The notes beneath the pieces are model-generated. The model was not told the origin of the DNA, made no database searches, and saw nothing but the letters and a program-made list of their open reading frames with translations. The position numbers and the translations under genes are program-made. From NCBI GenBank assembly GCA_001600815.1, contig BCKZ01000036.1, forward strand, positions 1 to 64,000: a stretch of 64,000 bases of DNA, written 5' to 3'. The stretch comes from Alloascoidea hylecoeti. Its lineage: Eukaryota. How positions within the stretch are numbered: position 1 is the stretch's first letter; each line of letters opens with the position of its first letter. This document shows, in pieces, positions 20,514-34,211 of this stretch.

Positions 20514-21572
20514 ATGTCACGATCATTTATTATCAAAGTACCAGCATCATCGGCAAACATTGGTCCGGGATTTGATGTTTTAGGAATAGCACTTTCATTA
20601 TTTTTAGAACTTCATGTTACTGTAGATCATAAAATCAAAGATACAGATTCACATAATTGTTTAATTACTTATGAAGGAGAAGGAGCAGATGAAGTTCCTT
20701 TGCTCTCTGATCATAATTTAATTACAAGAACTGCACTTTATGTTTTAAAATGTAATGGAATTACTTCATTCCCAGTTGGTACTAAAATTCATGTTGTTAG
20801 TCCAATTCCTTTAGGCAGAGGACTTGGATCGTCAGGTGCTGCTGTTGTTGCTGGTGTTATGTTAGGAGATGCAATTGGAAATCTTGGTTATTCAAAACAA
20901 AGAATGTTAGATTATTGTCTTATGATTGAAAGACATCCTGATAATATCACAGCTGCTATGATTGGTGGATTTGTAGGTTCTTATTTAAGAGAACTAAGTG
21001 CTGCTGACTTAGAAAGAATAGAAATTCCATTGGCTGAAGTTTTACCAGAACCAGCTGGTGGTATTGAAACAGGTTTAGTCCCACCAGAACCACCAAGAGA
21101 TATTGGTTCTCATATTAAATATAGTTGGGCAAAAGAAATTAAATGTATTGTTATCATACCAGATTTTGAAGTTTCAACAGCAACAGCAAGAAGTGTTTTA
21201 CCAACAGCATATACAGCAAAAGATATGATTTTTAATTTACAAAGATTAGCTGTTTTAACAACTGCTTTAACAAGATCACCACCAGATCCAACATTAATTT
21301 TCCCAGCAATGCAAGATAAAATCCATCAACCATATAGGAAAACATTAATTCCTGGATTACCTGATATTTTAGCATCAGTTACACCAAAGACTCATCCAGG
21401 ATTATTAGGGATTTGTTTATCTGGTGCTGGACCAACTATTTTAGCATTAGCTACACATAATTTTGAAAAAATTGCTGATGAAATTGTTGAAAGATTTTCA
21501 AAAGCTAAAATTACTTGTAATTGGAAGGTTTTAGATTTAGCTTATGATGGAGCTACAATTACTGAACTATGA
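20514..21572 (+). CDS. THR1: Homoserine kinase
   Basis: VPASSANIGPGFD, PLGRGLGSSGAA, ERHPDN, LSGAGPT. Confidence 0.97.
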   Translation: MSRSFIIKVPASSANIGPGFDVLGIALSLFLELHVTVDHKIKDTDSHNCLITYEGEGADEVPLLSDHNLITRTALYVLKCNGITSFPVGTKIHVVSPIPLGRGLGSSGAAVVAGVMLGDAIGNLGYSKQRMLDYCLMIERHPDNITAAMIGGFVGSYLRELSAADLERIEIPLAEVLPEPAGGIETGLVPPEPPRDIGSHIKYSWAKEIKCIVIIPDFEVSTATARSVLPTAYTAKDMIFNLQRLAVLTTALTRSPPDPTLIFPAMQDKIHQPYRKTLIPGLPDILASVTPKTHPGLLGICLSGAGPTILALATHNFEKIADEIVERFSKAKITCNWKVLDLAYDGATITEL

Positions 21573-21716
21573 TGAATGAATAGATATAAATAATCGTATA
21601 TTATAAATAAAAAGACATGTTTATAATTATAACTGTTAGATATGAAACACCCTTACATCATTAAAACACAACCTCTTTCTTTGTGTGTCAATTCAAACAA
21701 TAAACCCAAAATTGAG

Positions 21717-22502
21717 ATGTCAAAAACAGCAAACACCATAATCACATTATCACTACTTACTGTTGGAGGGTGTAAGTTATCCAAATCATAAGATTCTTTC
21801 CAGTACCTTTCAATACTTTTCCGTACCACTTTTCCCACTTTCTCTACCTTGAAAAATGAAACAATGAAACAGAAACTAACTTGAACTCAACAGATATGCT
21901 CTTCAACGGTTCTGGTGAAGCATTTAATGTTGGAGCTTTTCTAATGGAAACGTCTCCATATATGTGGGCAACTATGGGGATTGCTCTTTGTATTGGTTTA
22001 AGTGTGGTAGGAGCAGCCTGGTAAGCCACCTATTTCCTACTTATTCCGTTAAATATTGAACATTAGCATTGTTAACAAACTATCTAGGGGTATATTTATT
22101 ACTGGTACAAGTATCATTGGAGCAGGTGTAAAAGCGCCAAGAATCACTACTAAAAATCTTATATCAATTATTTTTTGTGAAGTTGTTGCTATTTATGGTC
22201 TTATAATGTCAATTGTATTTTCATCAAAATTAACAAATGTTTCATCCGTCGAAAATTTATATACAAAAGAAAATTTTTATACGGGTTATGCATTATTTTG
22301 GGGTGGATTAGCAGTTGGTTTATGTAATTTAGTTTGTGGTATATCAGTTGGTATAACAGGTGCAACTGCTGCTATTTCTGATGCTGCTGATTCAAGTCTT
22401 TTTGTAAAAATCTTAGTTGTTGAGATTTTTGGGAGCGTTTTAGGATTATTTGGTTTAATTATTGGATTATTGATGACTGGTAAAGCATCTGAATTTAAAT
22501 AA
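21717..22502 (+). CDS. VMA16: V-ATPase proteolipid subunit c'' (exons 21717-21771, 21894-22020, 22088-22502)
   Basis: Spliced product ...[29 protein letters not shown]...[16 protein letters not shown]; introns GTAAGT..ACTAAC..CAG and GTAAGC..TAG. Confidence 0.93.
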
Positions 22503-22574
22503 ACAAAATCATAAATATTAAATTGAATAGAAATATATTATATTAATTCTATAATTATAAACATTTTATAGTAA

Positions 22575-25500
22575 TTAATTATCTAAATCCATATATTCTT
22601 CATTTTTCTTTAAAATAACAATTCCTTCTAATGCACTGGTTAAACTAATATATTGATCATCTTCCAATTCCGCCCTTTCTCCATATCCTAATAAGACTGG
22701 TGTACTGTGTGTAACCCAACCAGTAATTGTTTTTGGTTTACCTGCTTGACCAACAATATCAACAGCTTGTCCAACTCTAACATTTACTTTTAATGGTTGT
22801 AAATCTTCATCTAATGTTAATAACATTCTTGGACGAATTGAAGGAGTTAAATAATATAATAGATAATGATTATCACTTAATATAAATGCCTTTGGTGTTA
22901 ATAAAGCAACAACAACAGTTAATAAACCAGCCAATGAAACTTTCGATAAAATTTGTTTATCAATACTAAAAGGATTTAATGTTTGTGTACCTTTACCTAA
23001 ATGTAATAAACCTTGAGCTAATCTAACAGTAAATAAACTATCAGCATCTCTTGAATAATAACTTGCCAATTGTCTTAAAAGTTGAGCAATTCTTGCATTA
23101 TTTGTACCAGCACCAACTAAACCCATTGAAAATATAGCATTAATTGCAACTAATAAATCATTATCATGAGTATACCTTGATAAAGTATCAAAAACCTTCA
23201 TTTGTGGATTTGAAATTGAAATTAATCCCATTGCTAATGGTACAGCAGTTTTAATTGTATCATTACCATAATGCATTAAATGACCAAAATGTCGAAGAAC
23301 CATATCCATTCCAATATCTTCACCCATTGCAATTGTTGCAATTCCTAAAACTGCAAGACCTTGAAATGCTTTATCAGCTTCTTGTTGTGCTTCATGTTTT
23401 GTTAAAGCATCATCATCTTCTTCTTCTTGAGTTTTTTTATCTTTTTCATTTGCATTTGCATTTCCATTTCCATTTCCATTTCCATTTCCATTTCCATTTC
23501 CTTCTACATTTTCATCTTCATCTTCATTATTATTTCCATCAACTTCAGTTTTTTCTTCTTCTTCTTCATTTTCATTAACTTCACCAAATTCTTTTTCAGG
23601 ACCAAATTTATCAGTCAATTCATATAATAATTCTTGAATTTTTAAAACATTTCCAGTTCCTGCATAAGCACAAATATTAATAGTCATTGTTAAAACTTTT
23701 GAAACTGGATGTTCAATTGCTCTTATAGTTTCTAAAACATCTTCAATTTGAGAATATTTTCCCATAAATAATAATCCTAATCCTAAAGCAATAAATCTTA
23801 TATTTAATGATGATAAATCAACTGTTGGTCTTTCTAATAAAGTTTCTAAAATTGATGAAGTAATATCACCATTACAACTTCCAACGAAAACATGACCTAA
23901 AGATAAAGCAGCTAATGCAGAAACAGGTAAAGGAATAGTAGTATCAACAACTAATGGTAATAAAAGCTCCGAAACTTTTTCATTTTTAGTACCAGCATAA
24001 GCAATACCTAAACCAATAACAGCAGAAGTTTTAATTGGAATACTTGAACTTGTAATTGATTCACATAATAATAATAAAGCAGGTTCCATTTCTTCATGAA
24101 CTCCAACATTAACAATACCCATTCCTAAAACAGCACCAGCTTTAATTTCTTCTTCTGAAGAATACATATATTTATCTAATTGTTGTAAGCCATTACCATA
24201 ATCCCATTGAAAAATTGATCCTAAACTTGCAGTTGTTGAGCGCATACCACTACTTTTTGTTTTATAAATCCATGAACTAGATTCATCTTCACTCATTAAT
24301 TTATCAACAGAAAAACCAGTATTTACAAAAGCATTAACAAAACTTGCAGCTAAATTTTGTTTTGCAGAATCAATTGTACTACTACTTGCAGAACCTAATC
24401 TTGAATGTTCTAAATGACTTTTATAAATATCTTCAGGAATTTTTGGATCCATTAAATTTAATTCTTTTGCCAAATATAAAAAATGTTCAGATAATGAAAC
24501 ATTTGTTAAACAATCTTGAACATCTCTATCATCAATTATATACCAATATTGATGATGAGCTAAAATAAAAGCTAATTGTTTTTTAATTAATAAATCTGAA
24601 GTGGAATCAAAAACAGATTTAATTAATTCTTGATCATCAATTCTAATAGCCAATGATAAAGCATGAGTTAATTGACCAAATTGTAAGTAGATTGTAAAAG
24701 CAGTGTGTAAAAATGAAGCATCATCTGGTGGTGGTAAAAATGGAACACAACTAACCATATAAAGACAAACTCTACCATAAGTATTTTCAGTAACAAAATT
24801 TGTTAATTTTTCAATTTCTTCAACTTCTAATAACAAATCGACTGCATCTGCTTCAGCATTATGTTTTAAAAAAAATGGTGCAATTTCTAATGATAAATTA
24901 ATTAAATCAGTTGTTGAATTTTCATTTTCAATTCTAAATTCATATTCTTCACCAATTTCCAAAGCTAAATGACGAATATATTCATGACCCCAATTATCAA
25001 ATTCAATATCTTTTGAACATAATAATCTAAATTTTAAAGAATCTCTGTTGTTATTATCAGAATATGTCATTCCCAATACAGATAAAACATCTGCTAATAA
25101 AGATTTCAAATTTTCATCTTTCCAATTTGAATGTAATTCAACTAATGATGGGTAATGAGGTCTTAAGAATTTTAATGGTTTTGGAACAGCTGTCATTGAT
25201 GAAGTTGAAGTTCTTATAAATTCTTTTAATTGATTAATTGCTGGCTCATAAAGTTCTTCATTTGGTTCCTATCAATAAAACAAGTTAATTTTACTCATCA
25301 TAGGTGGCGAAATCATAATCGTAATGACATATCAATTGAAATCAATAGTTGATTGAGATTATCAAACAATTGAGTAAAAACATACTTTTAATCTTTCAAC
25401 AAGCATTTCTAATTCAGATTTTAATTTCTGATCCTCTTCACTTAATTCTTCTTCTTCTTGTTTCTTCTTATCATCTTTCTTTTTTAAATCTTTTGAAGAA

Positions 25501-25580
25501 ACATTTGATTTTGCAGAAGAAGGAACTGCTGAATCAGGTGTATTCTGTTGTTGAATATCACCTTTTTTGTTATTTGTCAT
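22575..25580 (-). CDS. RPN1: 26S proteasome regulatory subunit Rpn1 (intron 25385-25269)
   Basis: LSEEDQKLKSELEMLVERLK|E...SMTAVPKPLKFLRPHY; C-terminal VGQAVDIVGQAGKPKTITG. Confidence 0.96.
23449..23500. repeat. (TTTCCA/TTTGCA)n hexamer microsatellite encoding GN/AN repeats in the Rpn1 acidic loop
   Basis: Direct reading of the tandem hexamers. Confidence 0.85.
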
Positions 25581-25775
25581 GATGATGGAGTTTTTAGGTG
25601 GCGATAACAATTTCAATGAAGGTGAGCAACGAAATTGGAGGTTGGAATATTTGAGACTGACTAAGTATATTTCCGCACCTTATAGCATATATGAGATGTA
25701 CGCTGTTTGCACAGACTTCCTGTTTTTGAACTACAAAAAAAGCATCTTATTTAATCAAATTATAAACAATTTTAA

Positions 25776-27356
25776 ATGCTATCAAAAAACATTAGAAATT
25801 TTAAATTGAAGCCAAATGTTTTGGCCAATTTAACTACTGCTATTCCACGAATTTCCCTCTGTTCGAATTACTCAACTTCTGCCAATGTATGTTCTTTCCA
25901 TCGGTCAATTCTCCTTGTTAATTAACTAATTGTTACTAATTAATAGATTACTCAATGTACAACGCTGAAAAATGGAATAAGAGTGGCAACTGATCCTCTT
26001 CCTGGTCATTTTTCTGCTGTTGGAATTTACGTTGAAGCAGGTTCACGTTTTGAAGACGATTATTATTCAGGTTGTAGTCATATTATGGATAGATTAGCAT
26101 TTAAATCAACTGAATTTGATGATGGTTATACGATTGCATCAAAATTAGCAAGTTTAGGTGGCAATTATATGGCAACATCTTCAAGAGAATCAATAATGTA
26201 TCAAGCTTCTGTTTTTAATGAAGATATCGAAGAAATGTTTAAAATTATTTCATCAACTGTAAAAGCACCAAAAATATCAAATGAAGATGTTCAAGAACAA
26301 GTTGCAACTGCTGATTATGAAATTGATGAATTATCAAAAAAACCAAATTTAATATTACCCGAAATGTTGCATATTGCTGCTTATAAAAATAATACAATTG
26401 GTAATCCTTTATTATGCCCAAAAGAACGTTTACCTTATATCAATAGAAAATTATTAATGAGTTATAGAGATAAATTTTATAGACCTGAAAGAATTGTTAC
26501 TTCTTTTATTGGTATTGATCATTCAAAAGCGGTTGAATTAACTGAAAAATATTTAGGTGATTTGGAAGATTATTTAGGTCCTTCTCCATCACCAATTATA
26601 AAAGATATTCCAATATATACAGGTGGTGAGTTATCATTACCACCAATACCACCAATAGGAAATCAACCTGAATTTTCAAATATTTATATTGGATTTGAAG
26701 GGTTATCAATTGATGATGATGATATTTATGCTTTAGCTGTTTTACAAACTTTATTAGGTGGTGGTGGTTCATTTTCAGCTGGTGGACCAGGAAAAGGAAT
26801 GTATTCAAGATTATATACAAATGTTTTAAATCAATTTGGTTATATCGAAAGTGCTATATCATTTAATCACTCTTATACAGATGGTGGTATATTTGGAATT
26901 TCAGCAAGTTGTATACCAAATGCTGCACCATATTTAACTGATATTATTTGTAGACAATTTTCCTTATGTTTTTTGAAAAATTCAAAAGGAAGTTTAACAA
27001 ATATTGAAGTATCAAGAGCAAAAAATCAATTAAGATCATCATTATTAATGACATTGGAATCAAAATTAGTTCAAGTTGAAGATTTAGGTCGTCAAATTCA
27101 AGTTCATGGTAAAAAAATCCCAACTTCTGAAATGTGTGAAAAAATTGATTCTTTAACTGTTGAAGATATTCAAAGAGTTGCTGAAAGAATTTTAACAGGT
27201 AATTCAAATGATAAATCAAATGGTATACCAACTGTTGTTATACAGGGTAATAGAGATTATTTTGGTGATGTTGATTCTGTTATTCAAAAACATGGTTTAG
27301 GTAAACCAAATATTTCAAACCCTACAAAAGAGAAAACTTCAAAAAGATGGTGGTAA
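25776..27356 (+). CDS. MAS2: Mitochondrial processing peptidase alpha subunit (intron 25887-25946)
   Basis: Presequence-like exon 1; TLKNGIRVAT; glycine loop GGGGSFSAGGPGKGMYSRLY. Confidence 0.95.
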
Positions 27357-27890
27357 TAAATTTAATTTGTAAATAATGAAAACTACTACTATCATATCAT
27401 AGTATTAATTTGATAATATAAAATTGCATATAAAATCATATATCGTTGAAATCGTGATACCACTCAAAAATAAAAGGCAATATCATGAACATCTATCATA
27501 TTGAGTACTCAACAGACTGTAAACTTCTTCTAAAATAATGTATGGTGTTCCGTAAATTCTTTATATTCCATTGCCCTCTTTCTATATGAAATGATAATTC
27601 AGTTTTAGTATTTAGCATTCTAAAAGGAAAGTCAATCAGATAATCAAGGATATCCTGGTACGACATATATCTTATTTAACCGCATATATCTCTATACATT
27701 CGTTATAACCATCGCTATTTAAAAATACAGAGTTTTTTAATATACGGTCTATTATTTTTCATAAAAATTTCAACACATATGGATTATGTCCAACATAATT
27801 ATGACCTGGAATTGAAGCTTCATTGACATGAAAAACAATTATTTATCTTATTAAATTTTATAATTAAATTTTGTTTATCTTGTTAATTTA

Positions 27891-30386
27891 TTATAAATTT
27901 AAATTTATTGGAAATTCACTTCCAATTTCCAAAACAACTTTCCCAAAACCCGTTTCCATACGCTCAATTAAACAAATATAATNGACTTCTCCTTGTATTT
28001 CCAAATCATCCATGAAACACCCAAATACTGTATCACTAAATGATTCATCTTCTGGTGAATGTTGAATTAATTTNGGTTCATTAAAATGTTCTTCTGTTCT
28101 TGGCAATTGGAATAATGAAGTACGAATTGATGGACGATAATTTTGATATGAAGAAGCGTTTGTTCCTTCTATAGAATGAACAGATATGCTNGAAATTTAT
28201 AGTTAGTTATAATCATATGAAGAANTGTTATTCTTTACTNACTTTATTTGACTTTTTCTGTTGGTGTTGAAAGGTATTTCAAAACGATTAGATCCATTCC
28301 AATCAAGTACCTTTTCCGTTATAAAATTACCAAAATTTCTTGGAGTTAATAATTTCACTGATATTCCACCATCCTCGTCATTATCTTCATCATTATCTTC
28401 ATTATTTGAACGTATTAAAAGTTTAAAATCAGTTTGTATATTTGGTTCATAAGTAGAAACAACTAATATATAATCCCCTTTTGGTAATAAAGTTTCTAAA
28501 CCAGTTGTTATGAACATATTACCAGGTTGATATTTATCACCTTTACAAACAATATATTTACTTTCAAAAGTTTCAATTCTTTTNACNTGATTTTTTTCAT
28601 TTTTAATACCCCAAAATAATTGTAAATTAATTAATATTGATTCATCTGTAAATAAATAAATTGCCATATTTAAAATTGATTTTTTACAATTTATTAAAAA
28701 TTGAGGATTTTTTAAATATGAATAATTTATCCAATTACCACCACTTGAATCTAAATCCCATTTTGAATCAATTTTAATTAAATTTGATATCGAAGAATTA
28801 TTTTTAATTTTTGTAACTATTAATGGTGATGATGAATAAGTTAATAATGTAAAAGATCTAACTGATATCTTTTCTTCATTATCAAAAGATGCAACAATAA
28901 CCAAAGTATAAGAAGTTTTTGCTGGAATTTTTAATTTAACTAAATAATGTGGTGTATTTACTTCAATTCCTTTAAAAATAGTTCTAAATTCATGTTGTAT
29001 AATAATTGATTTGTTAGTATCATAAATATTAAAACTAATATAATTTGAACTTCCTAATCCTTTATCATTAGAAATTTGATGTCTATTTAATAATATCCAA
29101 CAATTTATTTCATAATTTTCACAATTTGATATTATAAATTGTGGTTTATTTAAAAGATATGATTTATTTATAAAATTTTGATTAATTGGATTTAAATTCC
29201 ATAAAAAATTATTTTCTGTTGAATATTTAAAATTTTTTGGATTCCAATTTAAATACATACAATCAAAATGGAAACAAAGTTGTTCATGATTTATCCAAGT
29301 TGTTTGAGAAGTATATTTTTTCTTATTTGGATCTCTTATTAACATTTTATAATTATTATCATTATCATTGAATTCTGGTTTCATTTCTAAAACAGCATAA
29401 TCATGTTCAGGTGTTAATGGGAAACTATTAAGATGTTGTGGACTTTCTCCAGTTCCAACACAAATCATAACATTTCCTTCTTTCCATTCTTTAAATATTG
29501 TATCCCATTGAAATTTTGATATTGAATCAGATAATGATATATATTCAGGAATCCACTTAGTTAATATAAATAAATCATTAGCAGCTTGTGAACCAGAAAA
29601 ACAATACCCTTGACCAATAAGTTTTAAAACTGATTTTTCAATAATTGCTGGCCAATAAAGATTTTTATTTGTCAACGATTTAATAAATAATGAATGAGGT
29701 TGATTAATTGTATAATATGGTAGTTTATCATCAATTAAAATACATCTATATGCTCCATTAAAATATAATTTTATAAAATAATTTGGAGTATCGGAATTTG
29801 AATTTGAATTAGAATTGAAAACAGGATATATTACTGATGAAAGCAGATTTTTATTTGTTCTAAAATAAAGTGATATTATTGCAATTAAAGAAGATACTAA
29901 AGAACAATCGTCAGTAGTTCCTTGATAAATATCTAAAGCACCATTGAAAGAATTATCTGAATAATTACCTTTAGAAGATATATTTTTCCATTCAACTTGT
30001 ATATTTGTTGGAACAATTAAATTACTGTTTTCATTAATAATTGATTTTGAAGTATTTGATAAAAAAGTATTAATATCCATCCAGGGGAAGAAATATTCAT
30101 TATTTATTTTTGAATTAATATAAATCAATTTTTCATTTAATGTGTTTAATACTTTTTTATTAGTCTTTAAATTATTATAAATTAACATAATCTTTTCAGA
30201 TAATAATAAAATATCATCCTTATCTATATTAATACCAGTAGTTGTTTTGTATATTGGAATTGCTTTTGAAAGTAATTTAATTGATTCTTTTGCTGAATTT
30301 CTGGCTTTTTCCTGTTCTCCAATAGCATAATAATAACATGCAAAATGAATATCATCGGTTGCTTTTTTTAATAAATCATATAACAT
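27891..30386 (-). CDS. RIM13: Calpain-like protease PalB/Rim13 (intron 28242-28189)
   Basis: QGTTDDCSLVSSL (catalytic Cys), HDYAVL, SSGGN..NPQF. Intron GTNAGT...ACTAAC...NAG joins the 727-aa and 71-aa ORFs in frame. Confidence 0.88.
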
Positions 30387-30624
30387 GAATGTTTTAATAC
30401 CTTTGTTAAAATATTAAAAACTTTGATTGTTAAAGTAACTAAAGTGTTAACAACTCTCATACCGCACTTATCAACCATTTATTTATTAATTTGCATTTAT
30501 CACGCATTTGTCGCATGCATATTTGCGTGTTTCCATCTACGGACGTCTTTTGCAAACTTCAAACTAAAAGGGATGTCAATACACCTGAATTTAAAATAAA
30601 TATCACTTTTTTCTTCTTTTTTAA

Positions 30625-32040
30625 ATGAAACATTCTGCTTTTCAAAGTTCAAAAACAAGAACAAAAAAAGATTCTGCTAGAATTATTTATTTATTAAATA
30701 TTGTCAAATCTCAAAAAAATAAATCTCAAAAAAATAAAAGTGCTAAGAAATCAAATTTAAATTTAAAAATGACAGATGAACCAACTCTTGATATTGAAAC
30801 AATTAATAATGATACCCCAAATAAATATAGTAAAAATGAATTACCAATTAAAAATACATTAATAACGAAGACTCTTGAAGATCAACTTGAAACAGAAACA
30901 TTATGTCTTCATTTATATCATGAAGCAAATAGATCATCAACTTCAATTTTTTTAGATAAAGAAAAACATAATATGTTTTTAATACAACCTTTCATGAGAC
31001 CTCTACCTGGAGGATTTGTAGCATTAGATGCTTCAAAACCTTGGATGGTATATTGGGTTGCTAATTCAATGGGTTTATTAGGATTTGATTATACTTTATT
31101 TCATCAAGGTATGGTTGATACAATTTTTGAAACTTTAGGTCCATCTGGAGGTTTTGGAGGAGGTTTTCAACAAGTTGATCATGCTGCGTCAAATTATGCT
31201 GCCATTTTATCATTAGCTTTATCTGGTGATGAAAAAGCTTGGTCTAAAATAGATAGAAGGAAAATTTATAAATGGTTTATGGAATTAAAACAACCTGATG
31301 GATCTTTTGAAATGCATTTTGGTGGTGAAAAAGATGTTAGAGCTACGTATTGTATTCTAACGGTTGCAGTTCTTTTAAATATTATAACTGATGAACTTAT
31401 TAAAGATACAGCTAAATGGATTGCAAGTTGTCAAACTTATGAAGGTGGGTTCGGTGGTGAACCTGATACAGAAGCACATGGTGGTTATTGTTTTTGTGCT
31501 TTAGCTGCTTTAAGTATTCTTGGTAATCCTCAAAAAATCCTTCAAGAACAAATTGATTTAGATTCATTTGTAAGATGGTTATCACATAGACAATATTATT
31601 TGGAAGGTGGATTTTCTGGAAGAACTAATAAATTAGTTGATGGATGTTATAGTCATTGGATTGGAGGATGTTGGCCATTAGTTGAATGTGCTTTAAATAC
31701 ATATGGTTTATGGGATAGAAAAGCATTACAAGATTATATATTAGTTTGTGCACAAGGAGAATATGGTGGATTAAGAGATAAACCAGGTAAAAATGCGGAT
31801 TTTTATCATTCGTGTTATGTTTTAAATGGATTATCTACTTCACAACATTATTATAAATTTGATGAAGAGAAATTTGAAAAAGATGAACATTTATCTGCAT
31901 TTTGTTGGTATTCAGAAGAAATTAATGATTTGGATATTAAAGATGTTAATAGAGTTGGTGCTATTAATCCAATATTTGGACTTCCAGAAGGTGTTGGAGA
32001 AAAAATGCATTCATATTTCAAGAATTTAGATTCAAAGTGA
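30625..32040 (+). CDS. RAM1: Protein farnesyltransferase beta subunit
   Basis: LDASKPWMVYW, EAHGGYCFC, GRTNKLVDGCYSHW, LRDKPGKNADFYH; alternative ATG at 30769. Confidence 0.95.
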   Translation: MKHSAFQSSKTRTKKDSARIIYLLNIVKSQKNKSQKNKSAKKSNLNLKMTDEPTLDIETINNDTPNKYSKNELPIKNTLITKTLEDQLETETLCLHLYHEANRSSTSIFLDKEKHNMFLIQPFMRPLPGGFVALDASKPWMVYWVANSMGLLGFDYTLFHQGMVDTIFETLGPSGGFGGGFQQVDHAASNYAAILSLALSGDEKAWSKIDRRKIYKWFMELKQPDGSFEMHFGGEKDVRATYCILTVAVLLNIITDELIKDTAKWIASCQTYEGGFGGEPDTEAHGGYCFCALAALSILGNPQKILQEQIDLDSFVRWLSHRQYYLEGGFSGRTNKLVDGCYSHWIGGCWPLVECALNTYGLWDRKALQDYILVCAQGEYGGLRDKPGKNADFYHSCYVLNGLSTSQHYYKFDEEKFEKDEHLSAFCWYSEEINDLDIKDVNRVGAINPIFGLPEGVGEKMHSYFKNLDSK

Positions 32041-32211
32041 ATATATAAATATATCTAATTCCATTACTATAAAATCCTTATCATTATAATCATCATTAAT
32101 CGCAGGTGTCATTGTTACACTTTTTCGCATTGATATTCGTAACACCCTGACACACTTGGAGTAACTTTCCACCAAACTGAACTGTTTATTTGACATCTAT
32201 CAGTATATGAA

Positions 32212-32721
32212 ATGTCAGGTATAGTAGCAGAGGATGTCGATGGACTAACAACACCACAGCAAGATATTCTTCAACAGTTTCTAAACATTACAAACTGGCA
32301 TGATAATATCCCAAGAGCCATTCAACTATTACGTCGTACTCATTGGAACTTAGAAATTGCCATAATATCTCATTTTGAAGGAATTAATAATGATGGATCA
32401 ATGGTAACATCTGGTGATAATTATACAATACCAACATCAAATGACATTACTGCTGTTAATAACTCACAAAATAGTGGTGGCAATACAACTCAATCATCTT
32501 TAGGATTAGTATGGCCATTTTCATTATTTATGGATCCAAGAGGTTATAATCGTATTTCATCACCTTCAAATATTGATTCAAATCATTTAGAAGAATCTTC
32601 TTCAAGTGCAGCAGCAAGAAATAATAATGAAGATTCATTAGAATCAATATTAAATCAAATGACAAATATACCAAATGCAGATAGTTCAAATTCAAGTATA
32701 AATAATCCAAATAATGAATCA

Positions 32722-32760
<39 letters not shown>

Positions 32761-34077
32761 CGAAATTCAAATTCAAAATCACATTTATTTATTTTTTTAC
32801 AAACTATTTGTTTTTTACCATTGATTTTATTTAGATGGGGGTCAAATTTTTTTTATATGTTATGTCGATTTTTTCCTTTCATTCCAAGAATGACAGGATT
32901 ATATTTATCAAATAGACATGCAAGTCATTCAGAACCAAGACTAACAAATCCTGTTGATACAGCAAGAAGATTTATAACTGATTTTGAAGAACAAGTTGGT
33001 GTTACACCAATTTCAATATCAAATCTTGATTCAATTAATAGAATTAAATTTTTTCAAGGTGGTTATACTCAAGTTTTATATACTGCTAAAAAAAATTTAC
33101 AATGGTTAATTGTTTATTTACAAAGTAATGAACATGATGATACAATTTTTTTTGATAAAAATACATTAATGAATAAAGATGTTTTGGATTTTTTAAAAAA
33201 TCATGATATGTTAGTTTGGGGTGCAAGTGTTAAAGAATCTGAAGGATTTCAAGTTGCTTATGCTTTACAAGCAACGACTTTCCCATTTATTGCTATCATT
33301 GCACCAATAAATACCAGCAATAATAACAATAACAACAATAATAATAATACAAACACGAATGATCAAAGTGAAGTTAATGGTGCAAGATCAATGTCAGTTC
33401 TTGGTCGAATTCAAGGTTTAGTTTCCCCTATGAAATTAATTCAAAAATTAGGATCATTGGTTGAAAGACACGAACCAACATTAATTGCATTAAGACATGA
33501 ACAACAAGATAGGGAAATAAGTCGGATAATTAGGCAACAACAGGATGCTGCCTATCAAACCAGTTTACAAGCAGATAGAACACGAGAGGAAACATTAAGA
33601 CGTCAACATGAAGAAGAAGAAAGACAACAAGAACAAGAAAGATTAGAAAAAGAAGAAATGAAGAAGAAACAAGAATTAAGAAAATCTTATATTATATGGA
33701 GAGGGAAACATCTTCAAAAAGAACCAAGAACTAAATCTTCTTCAGGTGAAGTTAATTATGCAAGAGTTTCTTTTAGATTGGCTAGTGGAGAAAGAATTTT
33801 TAGAAGATTTGCAGCAGATTGTGATGTTGAAGAATTATATGCTTTTATTGAATGTTATAGAAATGGTGCTATTCCGGATCTACCAGGTTCTTCTTCATCA
33901 AGATTAAATTTAGATGCGAATTTTGAACCACCGGCTGATTATGAACATGAGTATACATTTGAGTTGGTATCACCCATGCCTCGGGAACGAATAGATTCTA
34001 CTTGTAAGAAAGTAATTAGGGAAATCGAGTCATTATGGCCGAATGGGAATTTGTTAGTTCAGGATTTAGAGGAATAG
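32212..34077 (+). CDS. UBA-UAS-UBX domain Cdc48 cofactor (FAF2/Ubx2/Ubx3 family)
   Basis: N-terminal UBA-like (WNLEIAI), hydrophobic hairpin, UAS (VYLQSNEHDDT..TFPF), coiled coil, UBX (RLASGERIFRRF, SPMPR, LWPNG). Confidence 0.88.
32722..32760. repeat. (AAT)13 microsatellite, poly-Asn
   Basis: Direct reading; a second poly-N tract lies at about 33319-33348. Confidence 0.9.
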
Positions 34078-34211
34078 AAATTTAAATAGTAATAGTAATA
34101 TATATTATTGATGGGTTAACCGTGTTTGTGCTCAATTTTAGAGGTGACGCACGTAATGTTAATCGTGGAACCAATTTATTACTTACTCTTTTTATATATT
34201 AACAATTAACA

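Noticed and set aside
23255..23627. Antisense ORFs with FH/IS repeats, and similar short antisense ORFs across RRM3, IRA, UBX and AIM24
   Set aside because: Shadows of real genes and microsatellites on the opposite strand.
27891..28590. RIM13 as a truncated or pseudogenised gene (split ORFs, several N bases)
   Set aside because: A 54-nt intron restores the frame; the Ns are single-base ambiguities in the assembly.
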